A stretch of 64,000 bases of DNA, taken from Naegleria gruberi. Its lineage: Eukaryota. The notes under the pieces were generated by a model. It worked only from the letters and a program-made list of their open reading frames with translations. It searched no databases and was not told the origin of the DNA. Positions 11,977 through 25,045 of this stretch are shown in pieces; the stretch's first letter is position 1; each line of letters opens with the position of its first letter. Made by a program: the position numbers and the translations under genes. Location: NCBI GenBank assembly GCA_000004985.1, contig GG738889.1; one strand, written 5' to 3'.

Positions 11977-12374
11977 TTTTTTTAATTTTCGTTTTTTTAA
12001 AGTTTTTTCTGAATTTTTTTTAATAGAATTTTATTGGGAAGCATTTCACAATTAACTTTAATTTCTTTAAATATCAAATGGTCTTTGAAGAATATTAAAG
12101 AAGCAATCATGATTGCTGTGGAAAGAGGGGTTTATTTGAAAATGAATTTTTTTAAAAATAGATTCTTAAATTGTTGTAAAGTGTATTTAATGGTATTTAA
12201 TAATAGTATTTAACGCATATTATTTTTTTGAAAATGGACATTTTTTGGTGGACATTTTTACAGCACATTATCCTAAAAAATCAATGAAAAAACAAACCTC
12301 GCTAAAACTTTTCCTATAAATTTGATGCCCAGAACACATGCCACTTAACAACAACCAAAAACAATAAGAAAAAA

Positions 12375-13528
12375 ATGTCTCTAATCAACAACAACTCTGA
12401 AAATACTCCTATTAAAATTACCAATTATGTCAGACTTGGCAATACTGGATTGAAAGTCTCTCCACTCTGTTTAGGTTGCATGAGTTTTGGCAGCTCGAAA
12501 TGGGAACCTTGGGTTTTGGAAGAGGAAGAATCATTGAAAATCCTCAAACGTGCCTTTGATTTGGGAATTAACTTTTTCGACACTGCTGATGTTTATTCGA
12601 ATGGAGAAAGTGAAAGAATTTTGGGTAAATTCTTGAAGGAGAATCAAATTCCGAGAGAGAATGTTGTCTTGGCCACTAAGGTATTCTCTCCAGTGGATCA
12701 TTCAGGTCAACAAGAGAATAAGATTAAGAGTTTGGGAAAGGGAATTCCAAATACTTTTGGATTGTCAAGAAAACACATCATGCATGCTGTTGATTATTCA
12801 TTGAAGAATTTGCAAACTGATTGTAAGTTGTTTTAATTTTTTTCGAAAGATTTAATATTATGGGAATAATAGATATTGACTTGTACATTATTCATCGTTG
12901 GGATAATAATACTCCAATTGAGGAAACTATGGAAGCTCTCCACGATTTGGTTAAATCAGGAAAGGTCAGATACATTGGCGCCTCTTCAATGTGGGCATGG
13001 CAATTTGCCAAGGCACAACACGTGGCCGAAATGAAAGGTTGGACAAAGTTTGTTTCCATGCAAAATCTCTACAATTTAGTGTATCGTGAGGAGGAACGTG
13101 AAATGATTCCTCTCTGTATCGATCAAAAAGTTACTCTAACTCCTTGGTCTCCGTTAGCCAGAGGATTACTTGCAAGAGCTAGTGAACTAATCCGAGCCGA
13201 AACCAATCAAGAAAATCAAGACTCAGCAACTACAAGAGCCAATTCAGATTTCTATGCCAAGGCCATGAAGAATTCATTGAAGGAAAGTGATTTGGAAATA
13301 TTGAGAAGAGTGGACGAATTGAGCTCCAAAAAACAATGCACCAATGCTCAACTTTCTCTCGCATGGATGCTCCACAAACCATTCGTCTCCTCTCCAGTCA
13401 TTGGCGTTACCAAATTGGAAAATATCGAAGCTAACATTGCAGCTTGTTATATTCAATTATCAGAAGAGGAATTGAAATATTTGGAGGAACCTTACCAAGC
13501 CAAAGCAGTCATGGGAAATCTACAATAA
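12375..13528 (+). CDS. Aldo-keto reductase (aryl-alcohol dehydrogenase / Kv-beta-like family), ~367 aa: join(12375..12822,12873..13528)
   Basis: AKR motifs (GLNFFDTADVYSNGESE; SLKNLQTD|YIDLYIIHRWD rebuilt across a 50-nt GTAAGT...AATAG intron). Confidence 0.85.
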
Positions 13529-13645
13529 ACATTTAGCAACATTTCTAAAAATTGTCTTTTTTGATTTTCAAAACCTTCTCTGTTCTTATCAAGAGGGTTG
13601 GGAATTCACAAAGATTCAAAAATTCTAAAATTGGAACAATCAGAA

Positions 13646-16600
13646 ATGCAAAGTCAAATAAAAAAAATGTCACAACAACCCACTCAACCACCTCCCAATG
13701 ATAATGATATCAATATTCTGAGATATCCAACAATAACCCCTACTAATAATAAGAAACCACACAAAGGTGGTTTTATTAAAATTCCAATCACTCCAAACTC
13801 AACCAATGACACAATCGATCCACAGAATATTAACCAGAAGACCAACACTTCTTTATCCACCACTACTATAGATGCTAATGTGAAGCCTGTAGTATTGAAT
13901 AATACATCTCCTACTGATGGAAAAAGAAACAAGCCAAAGAAGAAGAATGATGCGTCATCAAATGCATTGAATGTTGGTGGTCAATCAAGTGCTGCATCTT
14001 CATCATTGGATGTTGTTGTACCTCCATCACCATCATCCGAAGCATCTGCATCATCATCATCTACATTCAGTAAGAAAGGTAGAGAATTTAAACCCTCCGA
14101 ACATGCAAACAAGAGATTTTCACAAGTACTTTTAATGTGTGGAAAATGTAATTCATGTCTTGCTGCCAATACTTTGGAAGCCTCTCACATGTTTAGTGTT
14201 TTCAAAGATGATCGTACGAGACATGCTGTTCTGAAGGATCAAAATGTGATTGGGAATACCTTGATTGAGAAGGAAACCAATTTCAAGTTTGAAAAGAAAA
14301 ACGAAAAGTACCGAAAGACTCACATGTTATATTGTAAAGCATGTAATCAAAAAGTGGGTTCTAGATTTCCAGGCAATTATCCAGATACTGAATTGCCTAA
14401 AAGAATGTTCGATGGTAGTGATTGTAAGGTTTCATGTAAGGAGTTGAATAATGATGATGGACAAGATGTTGTAATGAATGTTGAAGAGTGGAGAACTTTG
14501 AGTAGTTCATTGAGAGATTATGGATTATATCCTCCACGTCATGTATCTTCTCAAGATTCATCGAGAAATAATTCCAGAGATGGTTCTTTCAAGAAGGATT
14601 TCAATGGAAAGAAACCAGTAGAAAGTGGGACGAATGAAAACAAATTTCAAAAGAAGGAATTTAACAAGAAGAGTTTTGAAAAGAAGAATCATCAACCAAA
14701 TGAACCGATTACATCAATCCCATTTATAAGCAACAATGAGGTGGATAATATCTTTGGAAGAAACAATCAAGGATCGTCATCTTCATCACCATTCATCAGA
14801 AACATTTCTCCAAAATTTGGTCAATTGTCTCAAGCAAGAGTTCAAAAAGATTTGCCTCCAAAAAAGGAAAAGAAAGATTACACAATCAAAACTGTTAAGG
14901 GTATTGGTTTTTATATTGACAATTCACTTTTCAATGAAAATCAAAAAGAATATTTCATCAAGAACTTAACACAAGAAGAATTCAAATCAATATTCAATAA
15001 GGGAGGTCTTTTAGAGGAACAAGAAGTTAATTTTTCAATTATTGAAAAGCTCATGAAGGTCTTTGCCCATGAGCAAATAGAATTATCAACTAACAAGTCA
15101 CTAATCACCCCAATCTTTTCTCATCTCATGAATAGCTTATTTTGGAGAAGAGTTGTAAAGAAATATATTGTACAGGATGTAATTGATGATGAACAAGTTA
15201 AAGACTTGATCACAGTTTTTCACAGATGCTTGGAGTTTTGTCCACAGGAAGCTGAGAGAGTTTTCATTGAAGAATTAGAAAAGGTGTACATTGACAAATT
15301 CGTCTCTCAAGATTATCAGGAATCCATTATGGCAATCAAGAAAAGGAAGCAAGCACTCAAATTGGCCAACTCAAAGATGGATAAAGGACCACTACCTGAA
15401 CAACAAGAAATCAACGAAAATGATGAAAATGAATTTGAGGAAATTAGTGTCTTTCCAACTTTCAATGAATTGACTTCGAATGAAAGATTCAAAGTTAGAA
15501 ACAATGTTGATGGCCCTTATTCTTCTTTGAGAGAATATATTAGGACTCAAATATTGTTATTGAGAGAGGATTTTATTCATCCACTCAAGGATGGCATTCA
15601 ATCTTTCCTTTCCAATAATTGTAACCATAGATCAATTTCAGTTTTCACAGATTGTCAATTCGTGTCTGTTATTTCATCAGATAATGAACGTGAATTAGTT
15701 CATTCTCTTTCATTCCATTATCCTTGGAGAAGGATCAATTGGGAATGTACCAAAAAATTAGCTTTCGGTTCCCTTCTCTGTTTATTCCCACAAGAAGGTT
15801 CTGGAAAGAATGCAACCATTGTAAAATCAGAGCCAATATTTGTAACAGTTTTGGATAGAAAATCGGTCTCAAAAGAATTAATTTATGTTGGTTTGAGTAG
15901 AGTTGAGGATTTCAAGAGACTTTCTCTCGTTGGAAAATATGTCATGTTTGAATCACCTGCTTATTTCGCTGGAGTTAGACCTGTCATTGATTCTCTCAAT
16001 ATGATTCTCAATGAAACCTTAATTGACCAATCCAAATTTACATTTTATGATGAATTCATCAAATTGAAACAACAAACTCCACCACAATATATCGAAAGAG
16101 ATAGTTTTATGAATTTAGATGTTATCAAGGGAGATCAAAGAAGATCGACTCAATCAGATTTATCTACTGGAAGAAAAACTAATATTTTGAGTAATTGGAT
16201 TGAGGATAATGAGACTTTCCTTGATCCTAGTCAAAACAAGGCCATTCAACACGTTATGAGAAATAGAGTTTCAATTGTAAGTATAAGAAATCAAACTATT
16301 GCTCTAATTTTGAAAGGTAATTGGACCTCCAGGTTGTGGAAAAACGTTTACAGGAATTGAGATTGCTAAATTATTGAAGAGTCACCCAGATATGAAAAAT
16401 AGACAATTAATATGTATTACTTATACTAATCATGCTCTTGATCAATTTTTAGAAGGTTTAATTGATTATTTCCCAGATATTGTCAGAATTGGCAGTAGAA
16501 GTAAGAGTCAGAATGAGAAACTATTGAATAGAAACCTTTCTAAAATGAGATATTTGCCACAATATCTATATGTAGAAAAGCAAAAGTGTGAAGCTGAATT

Positions 16601-19600
16601 GAGAAGGTTGTCACTCACAATTGGTGCAACAGAACTTTCTATCAAGAATCCAGACGATAGTTTACTTCGCCACTTGGCAAAATCATTTGTATTTAATAGA
16701 GCTCTCTCAAAATTCCCAATTCACCTGTATAGCAAGAGAAATCCACCTCCAGAAACCTTACAAGCCATGTTCAGAGCTTGGTTAGGAGGAGACGATCTCA
16801 GAAGAAAGGAGAGTTTACAAAAGAACATGCAAAAGGCCTATAGAACTGCTAATTTCTTTAGAGTTCTACAAGAAAATAACAATGAAACACAAGAAGAAGA
16901 CGAGGAGGAGGAGAAGCTCATTATTGAAGAGGAACCTCAGAGAGAAATCATTCCACAAGAAGAAGTTATTGTGGAAGAAGTTGAAGATGAAATCGAAGAA
17001 GAAATTGAAGCCGAATTGATTAATGAAGAAATGAGAAATATATTTGGCTATGAAGAAAATGAAATCACCAATGAAGTTGCTATTACTAAAATGTATGAAG
17101 ATTTAGAGGATGCATCAGATATTCAATCAGAAACTCGAGCAGAAATCCAAAAAATAGAGCAAATAGTCAAGCAATGTGGGGATATTTACAGAATTCCTCT
17201 CAAGAAGAGAATTTCAATGCTCAACCCATTGAGAATTTTGAATGAGAAACTACTCAAGGCACGTCTCATTGATTTATGTCATCTTAGAAGCCACTATGAG
17301 AATAGAAAATACGAAATTATTATGGATGGAGATTATGACAAATTGAAAACTGCCTCAGTTATTGGATTGACTTCTACAGCTGCTTCCATGAATAGACAAC
17401 TATTGAATAGATTAAAGTCACCTGTCTATCTCATTGAAGAAGCTGCTGAATTATTGGAATGTCAAATTACTTCTGTATTGCATCCAAATGTTGAACATTT
17501 AATTATGATTGGTGATGAGAAACAACTTCAACCTAAAGTCAACTCTTACTACTTGGAGAAGAATTGTGATTTCACTGTGAGTTTATTCGAAAGATTGATC
17601 AGAAATGGATTGGAATATTCTTCACTCAATGTCCAACAAAGAATGAGACCAGAAGTTAGAGAATTAGTCGATATGTTCTATGAGAAACTAATTGACCATG
17701 AAAGTGTTAAACAATTCGAAAATGTTAATGGAGTGAGTAAGAATGTTTGCTTTATTGAACACAAGAAATTAGAAAAGACCTCAGATGATGTTCAATCATT
17801 GACCAATCCACATGAAGCTGAGTTTTTATGCAAGTTTTCAAAGTATCTTCTCAATGTCAGACAATTCAAGGCAAGTCAAATTACAATTCTGACACCTTAT
17901 AGAGGACAAGTTATTTTGATTAAAAAGACACTCAGGGAATTGCTTAATCAAGACTTGTATAGAGAATTGAGAGTTTCTACTGTTGATGATTATCAAGGAG
18001 AAGAAAATGAGATTATTTTACTTTCGTTGGTGAGATCGAATAACTTTGAAAATCTTGGATTTGTTAAGATTACCAACAGAATTATTGTTTCATTGAGTAG
18101 AGCAAAGAAGGGTCTCTACATTATTGGCAATCACGATTTGTTAAGAAATAACGAAGATTGGAGAAAGGTCTTTGCTAGACTAAAACATTCGGATAGAATT
18201 TTGGATCATTTACCTCTCTCCTGTCCAACACACTCTGAAGAAAGAGAATGCATAAGAGAACCAAGTGATTTTGATGGTGTTATCTGGGGAGGGTGTAAGA
18301 AACCATGTACTTATCGTTATCCATGTGGACACATTTGTTCATTACCGTGCCATCATGATTCATTACATAAGGAAAGAAAATGTGAAAAGATTTGTGGTGA
18401 AAAATATGAAGATTGTGGTCATAGATGCGAGGACAAGTGTCATCATGGAAAATCCTGTCCAAAATGTAAAACTAAAGTTGACTACAAGTTTGTGGCATGT
18501 GGACATGTTACAAAAGTTGCATGCCACTTGAAAAATACTACTCAATTGTGCAAATCAACGTGTAACAAACTTCTTGGATGTGGACATAATTGTAGAGGAC
18601 AATGTGGACAATGTGGATTAACTGGTTGTGGACCATGTATTGCCACAGTCAAAGATTATTGTGAAACTTGTAAGAAACCATATGAAAGAAGATGTTCAGA
18701 GCCAAGAATCTGTACAAATCGTTGTACTGTCAAACTATCTTGTGGACATGCATGTTCTGGAAAGTGTGGTGAATGCTCAACCAGTGGAACTCATAAAGTT
18801 TGTGGATTCAAGTGTGAGAGAAAACTCATTTGTGGACATATTTGTAAAGCTAAACATACTTGTAGTAATCCGTGTCCAAAATGTGAGGAAATGTAAGTAT
18901 TTCAATTTATGCTTTGATTTTTATAATTTCCATAGTTGTAAATTCAAATGTTTCCATAATATTCAATGCAAGCTTGCTTGCCATGAAATGTGTCACAAGT
19001 GTAAGGAGCCATGTCCAATTCAATGCCCACACAGAAAATGTACAAATCTTTGTCATGAGTTGTGTAATGTGGAGCCATGCAATGAGAAGTGTCCAAACAT
19101 CTGTTCAAAATGTAATCATCAATGTATGGGACTTTGTGGAGAGCCATGTCCACCATGTATGTATTGCGATACTCTGAAGAAAGAGGAGGAAGAAATGTGG
19201 CAATGCCCAATCTCTTTTTACACATTTGAAGATTTAATTCAAAGCGACGATTCGAGGGTTTATCATTTACCTGAATGTGGACACACCATTGAACTTGAAT
19301 CAATGGATAATTGTGTGAAAACCTTCTTTGATACGGAACAAGGAGTTTCAATCAAATACTTGTCATGTCCAGTGTGTAGAACTCCAATATTTACTTCTCC
19401 AAGATATCAACACTCTATCAAGCAATCTGTTGAAAGAATGGAAAATCTCAAATATGTAATTTACAAAAAGGCAGAGGAGGAAAAAGAAAGAAAGCAAGCT
19501 ATTAAGGCTGTCTCTGCTGGCTATGCTTCTGGTCATTGGTTCACTTGTCCAAATGGTCATCCATATTTCATTGGTGATTGTGGAGGAGCCATGCAACAGA

Positions 19601-19725
19601 GTACTTGTGTTGATTGTGGAGAACAAATTGGAGGTTCTAATCATACACTATTGGCTTCTAATCGTTTAGCAACTGAGATTGATGGTTCCACAGCCCCAGC
19701 TTGGCCAACTGCTCTTAATAGATAA
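13646..19725 (+). CDS. ZNFX1-like NFX1-type zinc-finger superfamily-1 RNA helicase (~2015 aa): join(13646..16276,16317..18892,18936..19725)
   Basis: Ser/Asn-rich N-terminal extension. Conserved ZNFX1 pre-helicase region ends ...LDPSQNKAIQHVMRNRVSI. A 40-nt intron (GTAAGT...AAG acceptor) restores the Walker A motif VIGPPGCGKT. Helicase motifs follow (DEAxQ-type, QGEENEIILLSLVRSN), then numerous C-x-C NF-X1-type zinc fingers. A 43-nt GTAAGT...ATAG intron joins the last finger block. The track start at 13598 is a TTG; the first ATG is at 13646. Confidence 0.8.
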
Positions 19726-19779
19726 ATATGAGCAAACAGAAGAATAAAAACAAATATTGAATGTCTAAATATTTCAGCT

Positions 19780-22398
19780 TTATATTTTCAAATTACTTTG
19801 TTGTTGCATGAAAAAGAAGTGAGCTCTTCTCTCCTTTGCATTCTCAAAGTCTTTTCTATGATAAAAAGATTTCAATAGCATGTCATACTCGATGTGAGTT
19901 CTGTTAAATCCTCTACTATTGAGTTGTTCATACTCTTCACTAAACTTTTTGTGTGCTTCAATGTTGCTTTGTAAGGATATCAAAGCAGAGTCAATGTAAA
20001 GTTTTCTGATGGAGGATATTCTTCCAAGGAGAGATTTCTCATATTTGAGTCCCAATCTTTTCATTCTATCCTCAATAACACCACTTTGCTCCTCAGAAAC
20101 TCTCATATCTTCCTCTCTGACATGAATTTCCTCTTTGAGTCTTTCCATATTATTTTCAATAGTTAAAAGCTTCAATCTAATGGCAGAGAGTTTTTGTAAT
20201 TGAGAACGATTCTTGTCCACTTCAATGGTTTCTTGAAGAGTTAGAGCTTCAACAGCTCCCATAATATTATGGCACAATTCTCTAATGGAAGGATGTGTTG
20301 GAATGATGTAATCTTCCAAATATTGTTTGGAGCAGAAATTCATGACAAATATCTTTCTGGTACCAATGGCATTTTGAAGGTAAACATTCAATGAAGAGAA
20401 GAAACGAGATTCGAATAGAGTACAAAAATCCTCCTTATCACCAGGACAATCGAATTCTGCCTTCATCCACTTGAAGCAAGCTTCCCAAACTTGTTGACAA
20501 TAATTCTCAGAATTTCTTGCATTTTCTCTCCAAAGAATTCTAAAGTTATTGTTAATACCGTGCTTGAGCAATTGTTCAACCTCTTCAATGACTTGAGATG
20601 GGAAGCAAGCTGGAGCCACTGTTTGTGTAAACATTCTAATGGCAGCCTCTGCGTTCATTTCAGATAATTTCACAATGGCCTCCATCTCCAAAGGACAAGC
20701 TGGATTGAGATCAGCTTTGACAGCTCTTTGATAGAATTCGATGGATTTTTGCATTTGTTTTTCGAGGAGTGCCTTGGCAAAATCGTTCAAAATCTTCTCG
20801 TATAATACAGAGCCATTATCTAGCATGTGCCCGTTGGTAATATCACTCTGTCTTGTTTGGTTACTCTCTGCTACACAATGTTCCAAATAATGTCTACATG
20901 TTTCACCATTTGATTTCACTTGATCCCATCGAGAGATTGACCATCCAAATTGGAGCTTACTACTGATGTCATTGACAAAGCACCAAAGCTCATCATCGTA
21001 TGAGAGTCGTGCAAAATTATTCATATTTACAGTAATGCCATGAATTTTACCAAACCAGTTCAATAAAACAGACATAAAGTTGAGAGATTGATTCTTATTT
21101 TCAGAGATTCTATCCTTAATCTCCAGCATGAGGTCATCCAATTCGATAGAACTTGTTCTATTACTGGAGTTGCTGACCTTCGTCGAGGTATCCATACTAC
21201 ACACGAGGAGGGATGGCATACTCGAGTAGGAACCAAACAATGGTGGATCATGTGTTGGTTCAATGAGATTGTCAAGGTTGTACATCCACGAGTCGTCTGA
21301 CTTGTCCTTACAAACAATGACTGTAGAACTGAACAAGATGATAAATCTCATCAGGTTCTTTCTCAAATTATTAATACTGGAGAGATTGGATTCATTACTA
21401 CAATCAAAAATATCCTCCTCAATATTTAAATCTGTCTCATTATCATAATCAAATAAATTATAAGCTCGAATAAATAGAACGTTTTGGTTCTTTCCCTTGT
21501 GTGATTTTCTAACTCTACACAGAGGTCTAGTATACATGTACAAGCATGGAAGCTCAGTATCTTCCTCGGAAAGTGAGCTTGGGAATGCATTGGTAATACC
21601 CAACAATTGGTTCAAAATGTCGCTGGCATTTCCCTTATTCTTAGTTCTATCAGGGAAGCATTGCAAAGCGGTAACTATACAAATCTCTTTAGATTTAATC
21701 TTTTCAATGAGTTGGCTGAGAATGTTATCATTGAGAGTCCATTCCAATTTAATCAAATCAAATTTACAGAACCAATCACACTGACTACATCCAATATTAT
21801 TTTCATAGTTCAAATATAAATCTCTATATGGATCATAGTAATAATTGGAGATGTCATTATCTGAAAGTTCACTATTTCTTGGTTTACTAAATCCATCATA
21901 ACAAGATGGCTCTATTATCTTATCCCTAACACACAAGATTCTCCACAATGAAAAATTAGAAACATTCTCACAAAATATAATATTATAGAAATGTTTGCAT
22001 GAAAGAGAGAATTGAAATATTTCCCTCTTCCCCAAAAACGACATAATTTCAGATAGGTCATCATTAGAAATATTCAAAATTAATGATCTTGTCTTTTCCA
22101 ATACTTTAGACGAATGTTCTTCTTCCTCCAATGTTGACCTCAAATTATTTCTACTATGATGATGTTGATTCAATGTTTGTCTAAATAAATTCCTAAAATC
22201 ATTCTGTTGCTGATTTGAAGACATTGAAAAGGTCGGAATGTATGATTGTTGTTGATCAACAAGCACAGCATTTGTATTAGCATGATTGTTATGATGTTGA
22301 TGCTGAGAAGTAGTGGTAGTTGGACTATCAGTTGCCTCTGCATCCTCTCTTCCGTATGCCCAATCAGTAAGTAGACTTGTAATATTATTCATGAACAT
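19780..22398 (-). CDS. Large (872 aa) F-box-like domain protein with a helical C-terminal region; intronless
   Basis: Single ORF with an ATG start. His/Asn/Gln-rich N-terminus, F-box-like segment (LSEIMSFLGKREIFQFSLSCKHFYNII), and a long coiled/helical C-terminal part. No confident family assignment. Confidence 0.5.
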   Translation of the reverse strand: MFMNNITSLLTDWAYGREDAEATDSPTTTTSQHQHHNNHANTNAVLVDQQQSYIPTFSMSSNQQQNDFRNLFRQTLNQHHHSRNNLRSTLEEEEHSSKVLEKTRSLILNISNDDLSEIMSFLGKREIFQFSLSCKHFYNIIFCENVSNFSLWRILCVRDKIIEPSCYDGFSKPRNSELSDNDISNYYYDPYRDLYLNYENNIGCSQCDWFCKFDLIKLEWTLNDNILSQLIEKIKSKEICIVTALQCFPDRTKNKGNASDILNQLLGITNAFPSSLSEEDTELPCLYMYTRPLCRVRKSHKGKNQNVLFIRAYNLFDYDNETDLNIEEDIFDCSNESNLSSINNLRKNLMRFIILFSSTVIVCKDKSDDSWMYNLDNLIEPTHDPPLFGSYSSMPSLLVCSMDTSTKVSNSSNRTSSIELDDLMLEIKDRISENKNQSLNFMSVLLNWFGKIHGITVNMNNFARLSYDDELWCFVNDISSKLQFGWSISRWDQVKSNGETCRHYLEHCVAESNQTRQSDITNGHMLDNGSVLYEKILNDFAKALLEKQMQKSIEFYQRAVKADLNPACPLEMEAIVKLSEMNAEAAIRMFTQTVAPACFPSQVIEEVEQLLKHGINNNFRILWRENARNSENYCQQVWEACFKWMKAEFDCPGDKEDFCTLFESRFFSSLNVYLQNAIGTRKIFVMNFCSKQYLEDYIIPTHPSIRELCHNIMGAVEALTLQETIEVDKNRSQLQKLSAIRLKLLTIENNMERLKEEIHVREEDMRVSEEQSGVIEDRMKRLGLKYEKSLLGRISSIRKLYIDSALISLQSNIEAHKKFSEEYEQLNSRGFNRTHIEYDMLLKSFYHRKDFENAKERRAHFFFMQQQSNLKI

Positions 22399-23104
22399 GA
22401 TGATTTTCTATTCGGTTCTTATTATAGTGATGATGAGGATGCTTTCCGTGCAATCTTTTCATTGAGTAAATCAAAGCAGTCTCATGAAAATCTCTTGTGT
22501 TATTCGTTGGCGTGATGCTGCTGTGTGATGCTATTTTTGTTGTGTGGTGATGTAATTGCTGACGTCTTGTATTTCGTTACAAAGCCAACGAGCAACAACA
22601 AATAACAAAGTAAATAATTCAAATGGCTTCTAAATTAATTAACCGAAAGTATGTTAGGTAGGAAGTGAGAGTTTAATTGTATTGGAGTTAAGAGTAAAAG
22701 TTTGAATAAGAACCATTCGATTGTCGTTGCTCTTGTGTGCACCTTGGATAAACAACGCCACAAAATTAACTGTAGTGATGTGACATTTTGGGTCTCTGCT
22801 CAAGATTTATCTCTGTTCCGATATTGGTAGTGGTAATCATCAAAGAATTGGAAGATTTTAATGACTGAGAAATACATTGTCGACAAGATTTTGTCAGATA
22901 TTTTCATTATATCCAACAATAACATTGTCAAGGCGAGCCTCTGAAGATATATTAGATTGATAATTGATTTGAAAAACTGTACAGGTTCGCTTATTATAAA
23001 ATGACGGTTACCCATTTTATCAAAGTTCGTTACAGTTACACAAAAATATTTTTCAATATTATTTCCTCACAGCAGCAGATATTTTTCAAAAACACTGAGA
23101 AAAA

Positions 23105-24904
23105 ATGAGTAAACGTACCTTTGACGAATACTCCAATAACGACCACTATTATTCAGTTATCGGCAGCTGCGGAAGTCTGGAAGGAAGGGAAAACACTTCC
23201 AAAAGGGTTTTGCCTGCCATGATGCAGACAGAGAGTTCTGACGATTTTATGGATGGAATGCTAATTAATACAAAGGAAAAGGTTTCCGCTATCGATTATG
23301 ATGAAACGCCATCAAACTTTTTGAACATTGAACCTAACCTTCCCGATTTTGTACACATGATGGAAAGCAAGAAGAGAAAGATTGATCTTGAAAGTAGTAT
23401 TCAACAATCTATTGACTCTTTTGAGGATTTGTTTTTCAAGGCTATTAATAATGGTGATTTGGACTGTTTATTAGTGTTACTTCGACAAGTACCTACAAAC
23501 TTTGATATTAATATGCCAAATCATATTCATCCATTCAAGGATCAACCTGCATTACATATTGCTTGCAATTGTGGATACACGGATTTTCTCAAATTATTAC
23601 TCGAACATTTCAAACCAACATTGAACATTAACTTGGAAAATTCAAAGGGTTCTAGGTCGATTCATTTTGCAGCCTATGGAGGTAGTTTACAGATTTTAAT
23701 AACCCTCGTAGGACATGTTGCTAGATATTGTCATGTTAATGGCGTCGATTTGACTTTCCAACAAGGCAAGGAATTTATTTTCCAAGGAAGAAACACTGAA
23801 ATTTACATTACACCTCAAAATGCGAGAGTCATTCATGAATTTGTGAATAGCAAAACAAATGACGAAAACCAAAGAACACCCCTAATAATTGCAACTGAAA
23901 AAGGCAATACTGATGCTGTACAATTCCTATTGAGTCTAGATAAGGCGCTTAGAGAAGCTTGCCCAGAACTTCAAGATGCAACAACAATTGGAACTCAAGG
24001 CAGCTACCTTCCAATTCACAAAGCTGCTTCTAGGAATAATACCGAGATTATTCAGCTATTGCTGGAACATAATCCTGGCTCTGTCAATGCAAAAACCTCA
24101 AAGAGAAAGTATCCACTCTACTTTGCAGTGAAGAGAGGAGCAACATGTGTTGTTGAAGTATTGCTCAAATTTGGTGCATCAACTTGTGAATATACTCCAA
24201 GTGGCAAGAAACTGTTACACATTGCAGCATTTATTAATAATTTAGACATTTGTAAATTACTTGTAGAACAACCTGACTGTGATTTGGACGCAAATACCAA
24301 TGATGGTCACCCAAGGACAGCTCTCCATTTAGCTGCCAAGAAGGGACTCTGTGAAATAATAGAATTACTTTTAAGCAAAGGCGCCAACGTTGAATGTGTT
24401 GATTATTTTGGGAGATATCCAATACATGTTGCAGCATCATCTGGTTCCATAGAGGCAACAAACATGCTAGCACATATTAATGGAAAGGACTATATCAACT
24501 CTAAGAATTCAACTGGTATAACTTGTTTACACTTTGCTTGTGCCTCAGGACACACTGAAATGATACCATTCCTGAAATCTAAAGGATTTAACTTTAGTGA
24601 AGCTAAGGATGACAGATGCATACGGCCTATTTATGTGGCAGCTGCTCAAAATCAACAAAATGTCGTCTTAGAATTAGCAAAATATTACAAAAAAGATATT
24701 AACTATATCAATACTCAAACTGGTTTATCACCATTACATATTGCAATCGCTCGTGATTCGGTTTCTGCTGTGGAAGCATTAATAGAATCAGGAGCTGATA
24801 TTTACCAACCTAGTGGTAGTGGAATGAGTGCGATTGCACTGGCAAAACACAAAAATAACACTAGGCTTCAAAACATCCTCAATAGAATAATAAGATCTGA
24901 GTAA
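23105..24904 (+). CDS. Ankyrin-repeat protein (599 aa), intronless
   Basis: About 12 tandem ankyrin repeats (e.g. TALHLAAKKGLCEIIELLLSKGANVE; TCLHFACASGHTEMIPFL). Confidence 0.7.
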   Translation: MSKRTFDEYSNNDHYYSVIGSCGSLEGRENTSKRVLPAMMQTESSDDFMDGMLINTKEKVSAIDYDETPSNFLNIEPNLPDFVHMMESKKRKIDLESSIQQSIDSFEDLFFKAINNGDLDCLLVLLRQVPTNFDINMPNHIHPFKDQPALHIACNCGYTDFLKLLLEHFKPTLNINLENSKGSRSIHFAAYGGSLQILITLVGHVARYCHVNGVDLTFQQGKEFIFQGRNTEIYITPQNARVIHEFVNSKTNDENQRTPLIIATEKGNTDAVQFLLSLDKALREACPELQDATTIGTQGSYLPIHKAASRNNTEIIQLLLEHNPGSVNAKTSKRKYPLYFAVKRGATCVVEVLLKFGASTCEYTPSGKKLLHIAAFINNLDICKLLVEQPDCDLDANTNDGHPRTALHLAAKKGLCEIIELLLSKGANVECVDYFGRYPIHVAASSGSIEATNMLAHINGKDYINSKNSTGITCLHFACASGHTEMIPFLKSKGFNFSEAKDDRCIRPIYVAAAQNQQNVVLELAKYYKKDINYINTQTGLSPLHIAIARDSVSAVEALIESGADIYQPSGSGMSAIALAKHKNNTRLQNILNRIIRSE

Positions 24905-25045
24905 AAAATTAAAATCTTATTATTTTTGAAAAAACAATGTGTGTTAATATTATTAATTGTCCAACAATTCAATCATTTTGTTTTCTTAATTTACCATATC
25001 TGGTCTCAATTCGGCCGCCAAATTTAATTTCCCAACTTCAAAAAA

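Noticed and set aside
18265-19644. Overlapping ORFs on both strands across the ZNFX1 zinc-finger region
   Set aside because: The Cys-rich NF-X1 finger frame explains the region. The other frames give His/Met/Val-rich nonsense.
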